Origin: Bacteroidales bacterium
Lineage (GTDB): Bacteria; Bacteroidota; Bacteroidia; Bacteroidales; UBA10428
Assembly (NCBI GenBank): GCA_035258345.1
Contig: DATEVU010000180.1
Location: forward strand, 1,912-65,911
DNA length: 64,000 bases
Reading direction: 5' to 3'
Shown here: positions 9,330 to 16,863 of the stretch, one piece after another
How positions within the stretch are numbered: the first letter of the stretch is position 1
Layout: the number at the start of each line of letters is the position of its first letter
Made by a program: the position numbers and the translations under genes
The notes under the pieces: generated by a model
What the model was told of the DNA's origin: nothing
Database searches by the model: none
Seen by the model: the letters and a program-made list of their open reading frames with translations, nothing else

Positions 9330-9353
9330 CTTTTCCGGATATATCCGGAAAGG
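9330..9353. repeat. perfect 18-bp palindrome TTCCGGATATATCCGGAA (extendable to a 12-bp stem) between the receiver and DUF1987 genes
   Basis: Read directly at 9333-9350. Flanking C/TT and A/GG extend the pairing. Confidence 0.6.
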
Positions 9354-9413
9354 TTAAAAAAATGTTCTTCGTGAGGTAGTTTGTATGGTAAAAAGGGGTA
9401 TTTTTATATAAAA

Positions 9414-9803
9414 ATGATGGTCCCCATGTCCACAGCAATTAAAGAAACCTTATTCACGCCTTCAGTAAAGATCTTCAATGATGAACACCGGATTGTTATT
9501 TCAGGTCAATCCAGGCTGGAAGATCCTTCTCCCTTTTATGAAAAGTTAACGTTATTGCTGGATGAAAACATTGTTGATTTTAAAACGCATACCTCCATTG
9601 ATTTCATTCTTAACTACCTGAATTCAAGTTCTTCCAAATGGTTGTTTCATATGCTGAAAGGAATACAGGCGAAATTCCAGGGGAAAAAAATAATTACGAT
9701 CAACTGGTTTTTTGAAGCCGATGATGATTCCATGCTCGAGGCGGGAGAGGTATTCCAGTCGTTATTAAGCATTCCGTTTAACATCATGGAGACAGATCGT
9801 TGA
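9414..9803 (+). CDS. DUF1987 (SiaC-like) protein
   Basis: FTPSVKIFNDEHRIVISGQSRLEDPSPFYEKL...LNYLNSSSSKWLFHMLKGIQ...ITINWFFEADDDSMLEAGEVF matches my recollection of the DUF1987/SiaC family. The start is uncertain (ATG 9414, 9417 or 9426). Confidence 0.7.
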   Translation: MMVPMSTAIKETLFTPSVKIFNDEHRIVISGQSRLEDPSPFYEKLTLLLDENIVDFKTHTSIDFILNYLNSSSSKWLFHMLKGIQAKFQGKKIITINWFFEADDDSMLEAGEVFQSLLSIPFNIMETDR

Positions 9804-9906
9804 ACCCTGTAAGGGTTAATATACCAGTATTTCTGTGTTTTATGTAATTTATTCCCGTTTTTTCAGTTAATAAATGATATTGTGTCATCCTGTTAATACT
9901 GCAATT

Positions 9907-10593
9907 ATGTATAAGAAAATATTATTTCTACTGCCTTTGTTGCCCGTTTTTCTGAGCCTGCCTGCCCAGGAACCGGTAACACGTTCATTAGGTTCATTCA
10001 GCAAGCTGGTGGCAACTGACCGGGTAATTGTACGCCTGGTAAAGGCTGAACGGGAATCCGCAACCATATCGGTACAAGGTATTGATGAATCCGCGGTGAA
10101 AACCGAGGTTGAAGGCAATACAATTACAATCAGCATCTATGGGGAACCGTTCACGAAAAAAAAGGTGATGGTTACCCTTAACTATGTTACACTTACCGAC
10201 ATAACCGTTAACGGCAGTGCTGAAGTCACCACCACCTCACTCTTTAAAGCCGGTTCTCTGGCCGTTGACCTGAAAAGCGGCGGAATGCTTTACCTGGATG
10301 CCGACATCGAAAATCTCAACAGCAGAGTAATTGAAGGCGCTTTACTAACAGCCGAAGGATATGCCACGGAGCACAATATCGTTGTTGCCACGTCGGGAAC
10401 CGTTTCCGCCTATGACCTAGAAAGCGAATCGGTAATAGTGAAGGCAACTACCGGCGGGAAGGCTAAAATAAATGTTGAAACCAGCCTGGATGCCGACGCC
10501 GGTTCAAAAGGATTCATCACGTACAAGGGAAATCCCGCACAAATTAAGCGTACGGTGAACTCAGGAGGCACTATTGCTGTTTATGAGCCATAA
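9907..10593 (+). CDS. DUF2807 / head-GIN-domain (putative adhesin-like) secreted protein
   Basis: Signal peptide MYKKILFLLPLLPVFLSLPAQ. Repetitive beta-strand pattern GSFSKLVATDRVIVRLV...ISVQGIDESAVKTEVEGNTITI...ITVNGSAEV.... Confidence 0.7.
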   Translation: MYKKILFLLPLLPVFLSLPAQEPVTRSLGSFSKLVATDRVIVRLVKAERESATISVQGIDESAVKTEVEGNTITISIYGEPFTKKKVMVTLNYVTLTDITVNGSAEVTTTSLFKAGSLAVDLKSGGMLYLDADIENLNSRVIEGALLTAEGYATEHNIVVATSGTVSAYDLESESVIVKATTGGKAKINVETSLDADAGSKGFITYKGNPAQIKRTVNSGGTIAVYEP

Positions 10594-10614
10594 CAAACCT
10601 AACGGGTCAGACAT

Positions 10615-11547
10615 TTGCCGGTAGTAGAGCTAAATAAAGTCTATAAGCATTTTAAGGAGATTACCGCTGTCGATTACCTCTCCCTGGTGATTGAAAAAGG
10701 GACCTTTTTGGCTTTGCTGGGGCCAAACGGTGCCGGAAAAACAACACTCGTTGAAATGATCGAAGGATTACAGCAACCCGATTCGGGTGATATTTCCCTG
10801 TTTGGCCTCGGCTGGAAAGGAAATGAAGATTATCTCCACCACCGGCTGGGCATATCCCTCCAGGAAACCCGGTTTATCGATAAGCTGACGGTAACCGAAA
10901 CGCTCGGGCTTTTTGCCAGTTTCTATGGAATACATCGGTCCCGTATTGATGAGGTAATTTATCTGACCGGTCTGGAAGAAAAGAAGAAATCCAATACCGT
11001 GAATCTTTCAGGCGGACAACGCCAGCGCCTGGCCCTGGGTATTGCCCTGCTGAATGAACCTTCCCTGTTACTGCTCGACGAGCCTACCACAGGTCTCGAC
11101 CCTGCTTCGCGCCGGGAAATCTGGCATATATTGCTGGAATTGAAGAGAAATTTCAACACCACCCTTATTCTTACCACACACTACATGGAGGAGGCCTCTT
11201 TCCTGTGTGATGAGATTGTGATCATGGATCATGGAAAAATACTGGCCAAAGGAACACTGGAACAATTGCTGAATATACATGATAAGGGCGAAATTATCGA
11301 GTTTTCCCTGCAGGAACAGCCGGAAAACCTGAATATTAATTTAACCGGTAAAATTCGTGAATCCTCCTGGGACAGTGAATCGCAAAAAGGGTGGCTGCTG
11401 GTGGATGAAATTGTGACCGCAATTCCGGGATTTATGGAGTTTATAGTCACCCATGATTATCACCTCACCTCCTTTGAATGCCGGAAAATGACACTCGAGG
11501 ATCTCTTCATATCACTTACAGGAAGGAAGTTACGGGATGAAGAATAA
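10615..11547 (+). CDS. ABC transporter ATP-binding protein
   Basis: Walker A GPNGAGKTT, signature LSGGQRQRL, Walker B LLLLDEPTTGLD. TTG start. Confidence 0.9.
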   Translation: MPVVELNKVYKHFKEITAVDYLSLVIEKGTFLALLGPNGAGKTTLVEMIEGLQQPDSGDISLFGLGWKGNEDYLHHRLGISLQETRFIDKLTVTETLGLFASFYGIHRSRIDEVIYLTGLEEKKKSNTVNLSGGQRQRLALGIALLNEPSLLLLDEPTTGLDPASRREIWHILLELKRNFNTTLILTTHYMEEASFLCDEIVIMDHGKILAKGTLEQLLNIHDKGEIIEFSLQEQPENLNINLTGKIRESSWDSESQKGWLLVDEIVTAIPGFMEFIVTHDYHLTSFECRKMTLEDLFISLTGRKLRDEE

Positions 11548-12646
11548 CCTGAGAGCGCTTTATCATTTGATTTCCATAAACTATAAGGAATTCATCCGGG
11601 AACCCGGAATTCTTTTCTGGGCGCTGGTTTTTCCGGTGTTAATGGCATGGGTGCTGGGAATTGCCTTTTCAAAAAGAGGAGAGCTTGTGCAGCAAATTGC
11701 CTATGTTAAGAACGAGACAACCGGCCATGAAAAACTGGCAGTTTTCCTGGACGGTTCGACACACATTTACGGGCCTGACTCTACCATTAAGGAATACAGC
11801 AGGTCATTTGACACCAAACTGGGAAGAATTACTTACCGGATCATACCGGTTACAACGGATAGTGCTGTTTTGATGATTAAACGCGGACAAACCACATTAA
11901 TACTGCAGGAAAATGGGGATAGCCTGTATTATTTTTTTGATCCCCAAAATGCAGATGCCCGGTTCGGCTATCTGACCCTGTACTCGGCAATCAATGACGG
12001 ACAGGTGATATATAATGAATCATCAATTAAAATACTCGACCAGCAAGGTACACGGTACATCGATTTCCTGATCCCGGGACTCCTGGCTATGGGTATTATG
12101 AATGGCTTCCTATGGGGCATAGGTTACGGATTGATTGAGATCAGAACAAAAAAATTGCTGCGCCGGATGATGGCTACCCCTATGAAAAAGTCACTTTTTA
12201 TTTTTTCGCACTTCTTTGCACGCTTTACCCTGTCTTTATTTGAATCCGCAGTTCTGCTTGTCTTTTCCTGGATCTACTTTCGCATACCCATCCAGGGCAG
12301 TATGATCGCATTTATTATGATTTTTATCGCAGGAGGATTTTGTTTTGCCGGTATTTCCATATTGATGGCTTCCAGAACATCCAGTTCCAGGATCGGCAAC
12401 AGCCTGATCAATCTTGTAAGTATGCCGATGCTGATCTTATCCGGTATTTTTTTCAGTTACCACAACTTTCCCGATGCGGTAATTCCGGTAATCCAAAAAC
12501 TTCCGTTAACCATGCTTGCCGACAGTATCCGCAGCATCATGATCGAGGGAACCGGATTAAGCGAAAACCTTCCTGAATTCTTCTTCCTCACAGGACTGGG
12601 GCTGCTATGCTTTATGACAGGTATTAAAATCTATAAGTGGTACTGA
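11537..12646 (+). CDS. ABC-2 type transporter permease
   Basis: Overlaps the ATPase gene by 11 nt. It has an N-terminal TM helix, a large loop and then 5 hydrophobic helices (FLIPGLLAMGIMNGFLWGIGYG...). Confidence 0.85.
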   Translation: MKNNLRALYHLISINYKEFIREPGILFWALVFPVLMAWVLGIAFSKRGELVQQIAYVKNETTGHEKLAVFLDGSTHIYGPDSTIKEYSRSFDTKLGRITYRIIPVTTDSAVLMIKRGQTTLILQENGDSLYYFFDPQNADARFGYLTLYSAINDGQVIYNESSIKILDQQGTRYIDFLIPGLLAMGIMNGFLWGIGYGLIEIRTKKLLRRMMATPMKKSLFIFSHFFARFTLSLFESAVLLVFSWIYFRIPIQGSMIAFIMIFIAGGFCFAGISILMASRTSSSRIGNSLINLVSMPMLILSGIFFSYHNFPDAVIPVIQKLPLTMLADSIRSIMIEGTGLSENLPEFFFLTGLGLLCFMTGIKIYKWY

Positions 12647-12676
12647 AAATTGACATGAATAATGTGTCCATTTTAT

Positions 12677-13339
12677 TTATTCCAGCAAGGAGGCAGCCAT
12701 TTTCAGGTCTTTTTCATAGGTTATCTTAATGTTCTCAGGATTCCCGTCAACAAGGTTAATGGTGTAACCCATATCCTCCACAACACCCGCGTCATCTGTG
12801 TAACGTTTCCGGTATTTCTGCAGATAGGCTTTCTTCAGTATATTGCTGTCAAACACCTGGGGAGTTTGAATTAGCCGGTACAGGGATCGATCGACCTGTA
12901 TATTACCTTTCCCCGTAATTTTCCGGAGTGTTTCGGGAATTTCAATGCAGGGAACAGCATTTCCAAATTTACGGGCAGTATCAAAGCATCGTCCTATGGT
13001 TTCAAGGCTTACCAATGGCCTTACCCCGTCATGAACGGCAACTAAACAATGGCCAGGTATAATTTCCAGACAATTCCTGATAGTGTGAAAACGCGTCTCC
13101 CCCCCCTGCCTTATCTCATGATCCACGGTGCATCCATATTGCCGGCAAAGCTGCTGCCAGGTTAACAGCTGGTTTTCCGGTAATGCAAGTATGATCCTCA
13201 TCTGCTGATCAAATTTGCGAAACACATTCAGTGTATGCATCAATACCGGTATCCCGCCCAATGACAGGAATTGTTTGGGAATGTTAGCATTCATTCGCTT
13301 TCCAGAGCCTCCGGCAACAATCAGGGTAATTTTTTCCAA
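12677..13339 (-). CDS. ispD: 2-C-methyl-D-erythritol 4-phosphate cytidylyltransferase
   Basis: (M)EKITLIVAGGSGKRMNANIPKQFL. The TTG at 13339 gives the usual short N-terminus. The track start at 13417 (also TTG) adds 26 atypical residues. Confidence 0.85.
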   Translation of the reverse strand: MEKITLIVAGGSGKRMNANIPKQFLSLGGIPVLMHTLNVFRKFDQQMRIILALPENQLLTWQQLCRQYGCTVDHEIRQGGETRFHTIRNCLEIIPGHCLVAVHDGVRPLVSLETIGRCFDTARKFGNAVPCIEIPETLRKITGKGNIQVDRSLYRLIQTPQVFDSNILKKAYLQKYRKRYTDDAGVVEDMGYTINLVDGNPENIKITYEKDLKMAASLLE

Positions 13340-13428
13340 TGCGGGTTTTTGTTGTATTATAATTGTCCTAAATTTACAAAAACTGCTTAATAATATAACG
13401 GTTTGTTGGTTTTTCAAAACAGTATGAT

Positions 13429-14100
13429 ATGATAAACAAAGAGACCTTTCAGTTCCTGAAACAGCTCAGTATAAATAACAACAAGGAATGGTTTGATGCA
13501 AACCGGGGTAACTATGCCATCCTGCGCAAAGAATTCGAACACTTTATCGAAATTGTCATCGGGGAAATCGGCAAATTCGACAGGGAATCCGCACAAACCA
13601 CAGCAAAGGATTCACTCTTCAGGATAAACCGGGATACGCGGTTCTCAGCCGACAAACTCCCCTATAAAACCAACTTTGGCGCATTTATAGCCCGTGGCGG
13701 GAGAAAGGGGATCAATGCCGGATATTATGTTCATGTTGAGCCCGGTAGTTGCTTTCTGGCAGGTGGAATTTACATGCCTTCGGGACCCATGCTTAAGGCC
13801 ATCCGAAATGAAATTTACGGCAATATCGAAGAATTCAGGGCTATTATCGACGCCCCTGCCTTTCAGAAACATTTTGGAAAAACCCTGTGGGGTGAGAAGC
13901 TAAAAACCGCCCCAAAGGGTTTCCCCAAAGATTTTCCGGATATAGACCTGTTGAAGTACAAGCATTACACCATAATGAAAGAGGAACCCGACAAGGTTTA
14001 CTGGCAGCCCGGTTTTATAGAAGAAGTTTTGGAATCCTTCAGGGCAATGGCCCTATTCAATAAGTTTTTAAACAACGCTGTTGAGGATGTCGAAAGGTAA
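13429..14100 (+). CDS. DUF2461 (TIGR02453) family protein
   Basis: FQFLKQLSINNNKEWFDANRGNYAILRKEFEHFI...LFRINRDTRFSADKLPYKTNFGA. Confidence 0.8.
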   Translation: MINKETFQFLKQLSINNNKEWFDANRGNYAILRKEFEHFIEIVIGEIGKFDRESAQTTAKDSLFRINRDTRFSADKLPYKTNFGAFIARGGRKGINAGYYVHVEPGSCFLAGGIYMPSGPMLKAIRNEIYGNIEEFRAIIDAPAFQKHFGKTLWGEKLKTAPKGFPKDFPDIDLLKYKHYTIMKEEPDKVYWQPGFIEEVLESFRAMALFNKFLNNAVEDVER

Positions 14101-14132
14101 CCAGCCGGATACCGGCAGTTATTCAAAAAACG

Positions 14133-14825
14133 TTAAATGAGCTTCCTGATCTCTGCAGCCTTCAGGATAATGTGAACAATCTCTTCGATTGTAAATGTCA
14201 TGCAGTTGAAGGTGAGATCAAACCATGTATAATCCGATTCTTTCCCCTGGAAAAACTCCCGGAACTCTTTTCTTTTTTTATCCACTTCCAGGGCTGCTTT
14301 TTTGGCATCCTCCTGCGATATCTTATAATTTTCGGCAATCCGCAAAATTCTCCATTCCATGGGCGCTTCAAGCATAATATGCAACGAACGCGGAATATCA
14401 TGCGTAATGGCAACTCCTCCGCGTCCGACAATAATAACATGTCCTTCATGAGCCATGTTACGGATCACTTTTGCTACCGTGTTCCGGATCATCTTGTCAC
14501 TTTTGTAGTATTTGTTGAATTGCGCCGAAACGATATTATCCATCAGGCTTTTCTGCTCGTACTGAAAAACATATTTGATTTTCTCGGGATCAACCTCCAG
14601 GGCCCTTGCAGATTCAGCCATGATCTCCTTGGTGATATACTTCCATTTGGTCTCTTTCCCTTTGATATACATCTTTCGCGAAAGCTCCTCGCCAAGCCTT
14701 CCGGCAATGATTTTTGAAGGACAGCCGTACTCCCTGGAAATGGTTATTACAGGTCCCGGTTCCTTATTACGGCCGTTTTCTTCATGAATACGGTCCGACA
14801 TATATTTCAGAAGGTCTATGTGCAT
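14133..14825 (-). CDS. cytidylate-kinase-like family protein
   Basis: VITISREYGCPSKIIAGRLGEELS...HVIIVGRGG pattern, 230 aa. Confidence 0.7.
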   Translation of the reverse strand: MHIDLLKYMSDRIHEENGRNKEPGPVITISREYGCPSKIIAGRLGEELSRKMYIKGKETKWKYITKEIMAESARALEVDPEKIKYVFQYEQKSLMDNIVSAQFNKYYKSDKMIRNTVAKVIRNMAHEGHVIIVGRGGVAITHDIPRSLHIMLEAPMEWRILRIAENYKISQEDAKKAALEVDKKRKEFREFFQGKESDYTWFDLTFNCMTFTIEEIVHIILKAAEIRKLI

Positions 14826-14962
14826 ATCACTTCAGGAAAGACTACGATTCTTTAAAATTAAGCAAATTTTTCCAAACCTAAAAATGTCAGGGCTGTTTAA
14901 ATTACGTGCATTATCCGACGTAAGGCCGACAAAATCTCTTAATTTTGTGCAAAGCTCTTTTT

Positions 14963-15499
14963 ATGATTTCAATAGCAGACCTCGATAAGCTTAAAGCCTC
15001 GGTCCGAAATATTCCGGATTTTCCGCATAAAGGTATCCAGTTCAAGGATATAACCACTGTTGTTAAAAATCCTGAATTGTTCAACCTGATCGTTGATGGC
15101 ATCGTTTCGCATTACGCGGATAAAAAAATTACCAAAGTTGTAGCTGTTGAATCCCGCGGATTCATTACAGGCGGAGCATTGGCCTGCAAATTGGGAGCGG
15201 GTTTTGTGCCCGTAAGAAAACCAGGCAAGCTACCTGCTGATACTTATTCCGCAACCTATGATCTTGAGTATGGCAAAGACTCCGTGGAAATACATAAGGA
15301 TGCGCTGCAACCAGGCGATACCGTATTGCTCCATGATGACCTGCTTGCAACCGGAGGTACTTCCATGGCCGTTATTGAGCTGCTAAGCTACTTTGATATT
15401 CAGCATATTTATATAAGTTTTATTATTGAACTCGATTTTCTGAAAGGAAGGCAGCGTTTATCGCCTCCTTATGAAGTTTACACACTGATTCACTATTAA
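14963..15499 (+). CDS. apt: adenine phosphoribosyltransferase
   Basis: IPDFPHKGIQFKDIT...VAVESRGF...VLLHDDLLATGGT (PRPP loop). ATG 14963 is preferred to the TTG at 14945. Confidence 0.9.
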   Translation: MISIADLDKLKASVRNIPDFPHKGIQFKDITTVVKNPELFNLIVDGIVSHYADKKITKVVAVESRGFITGGALACKLGAGFVPVRKPGKLPADTYSATYDLEYGKDSVEIHKDALQPGDTVLLHDDLLATGGTSMAVIELLSYFDIQHIYISFIIELDFLKGRQRLSPPYEVYTLIHY

Positions 15500-15513
15500 A
15501 TACATCCCTGATC

Positions 15514-16251
15514 ATGCAAATAACACCCAATATGAAAATGGCAGAGGTAATTCATTTGAATTACCAGCTGCTGCAAATCATCTCCAGATTCGGAATTCAA
15601 TTGGGATTTGGTGATAGATCCATTAAGCAGGTTTGCCGGGAATACAATATCGATGTTAACTTTTTCCTCGAGATCATTAATTCCTATCACGATAAAAACT
15701 ATTTCCCCAGGAAAAACCTGCAGGGCTTTCCCCTGAAACTGATCATTGAATACCTTCGGGAATCGCATAACTATTACCTGGAAATAAAAATTCCTCAGAT
15801 TGAACAGCTGATCCGTCAGCTTTCTGAATTTTCTGACCGTATCAGCGGTGAATCGTTGAGAATGATTGATACTTTCTTTCATGGATATATCAAGGAGTTA
15901 CAAGATCATATTGAACGGGAAGAGGAAAAGGTTTATCCCTATGTATTTTCCGTTGAAGAAGCTTTTCATTTAAAAAAAATACCTGACAGCCTGGTCGAGC
16001 GACTCGGGGAGTATTCAATTGATGATTTTGAAAGCGAGCATGATAATATTGAGGATAAGCTTTTCGATCTTAAGAATATTATTATCAAATACCTGCCTCT
16101 CCCGGTAGATCCAAATCTTTGTCATGCCATTCTTACCGAACTCTTCCGGCTTGAAGCCGATCTGAATGATCACGCCCGGATCGAGGACAAGGTATTGGTC
16201 CCGAAAGTCAGGTTCATGGAAAAATGGATTAATGAACACCACGCGCAGTGA
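15514..16251 (+). CDS. hemerythrin-like di-iron protein (ScdA/RIC-like architecture)
   Basis: The N-terminus MKMAEVIHLNYQLLQIISRFGIQLGFGDRSIKQVCREYNIDVNFFLEI is ScdA_N-like. His/Glu motifs follow: SHNYYLE, DHIEREEE, EHDNIED and DHARIED. Confidence 0.65.
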   Translation: MQITPNMKMAEVIHLNYQLLQIISRFGIQLGFGDRSIKQVCREYNIDVNFFLEIINSYHDKNYFPRKNLQGFPLKLIIEYLRESHNYYLEIKIPQIEQLIRQLSEFSDRISGESLRMIDTFFHGYIKELQDHIEREEEKVYPYVFSVEEAFHLKKIPDSLVERLGEYSIDDFESEHDNIEDKLFDLKNIIIKYLPLPVDPNLCHAILTELFRLEADLNDHARIEDKVLVPKVRFMEKWINEHHAQ

Positions 16252-16256
16252 GAAAC

Positions 16257-16856
16257 ATGGAAAACGTAAATGTCATTATAGCCGATCTCTCTCCCCTGTC
16301 GCGTTTTGGTATGATTAGTCTTTTAAGGCAATTGAATTACCCGTTTTCCTTTCGTGAGGTTAGTGTTCCTGAAAAACTGAAAAATATTATCCACAAAGAC
16401 CAGGCTAGCCTTGTTATCAGCAGTGCTTCGTTCCTCGAAAAGTTTTCAGATTATCAGATCCAGACCATGCTGCCCGGAGGAAAATACGTTGCCAAACTGC
16501 TGATCAATGATTTACCACATTCCCAGCGTAAATTCACAGGTTTTAATGAGATCATCGAATTTACGGACACGGAAAGAACCATTCTCCGAAAACTGAATAA
16601 AACAGCAGCATCACTCGCCAGGCTTAATTCTTTCCAGGTCATGCCCGAAGAGATAAGCGATCGCGAAAAAGATGTTCTCAGGCTGGTGGCTTTGGGAAAT
16701 ACAAATAAGGAAATTGCGGGAAAGCTTTTCATAAGTTCACATACGGTGATCACCCACCGCAAAAACATAACAGCAAAGCTTGGGATCAAAACCATTGCGG
16801 GGCTTACAATATATGCATTGTTAAACAAACTGATAACTTCCGAAGAAATTAACTGA
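16257..16856 (+). CDS. LuxR-family transcriptional regulator with a degenerate (Asp-less) receiver-like N-domain
   Basis: C-terminal ISDREKDVLRLVALGNTNKEIAGKLFISSHTVITHRKNI. The N-terminus VNVIIADLSPLSRFG...ASLVISSASF has Ser where the acceptor Asp would be. ATG 16257 lies 5 nt after the upstream stop. Confidence 0.8.
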   Translation: MENVNVIIADLSPLSRFGMISLLRQLNYPFSFREVSVPEKLKNIIHKDQASLVISSASFLEKFSDYQIQTMLPGGKYVAKLLINDLPHSQRKFTGFNEIIEFTDTERTILRKLNKTAASLARLNSFQVMPEEISDREKDVLRLVALGNTNKEIAGKLFISSHTVITHRKNITAKLGIKTIAGLTIYALLNKLITSEEIN

Positions 16857-16863
16857 AACGGGT

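Noticed and set aside
9803-9818. Short hairpin AACCCT-GTA-AGGGTT after the DUF1987 gene as a terminator
   Set aside because: The stem is only 6 bp and no T-run follows, which is too weak to call.
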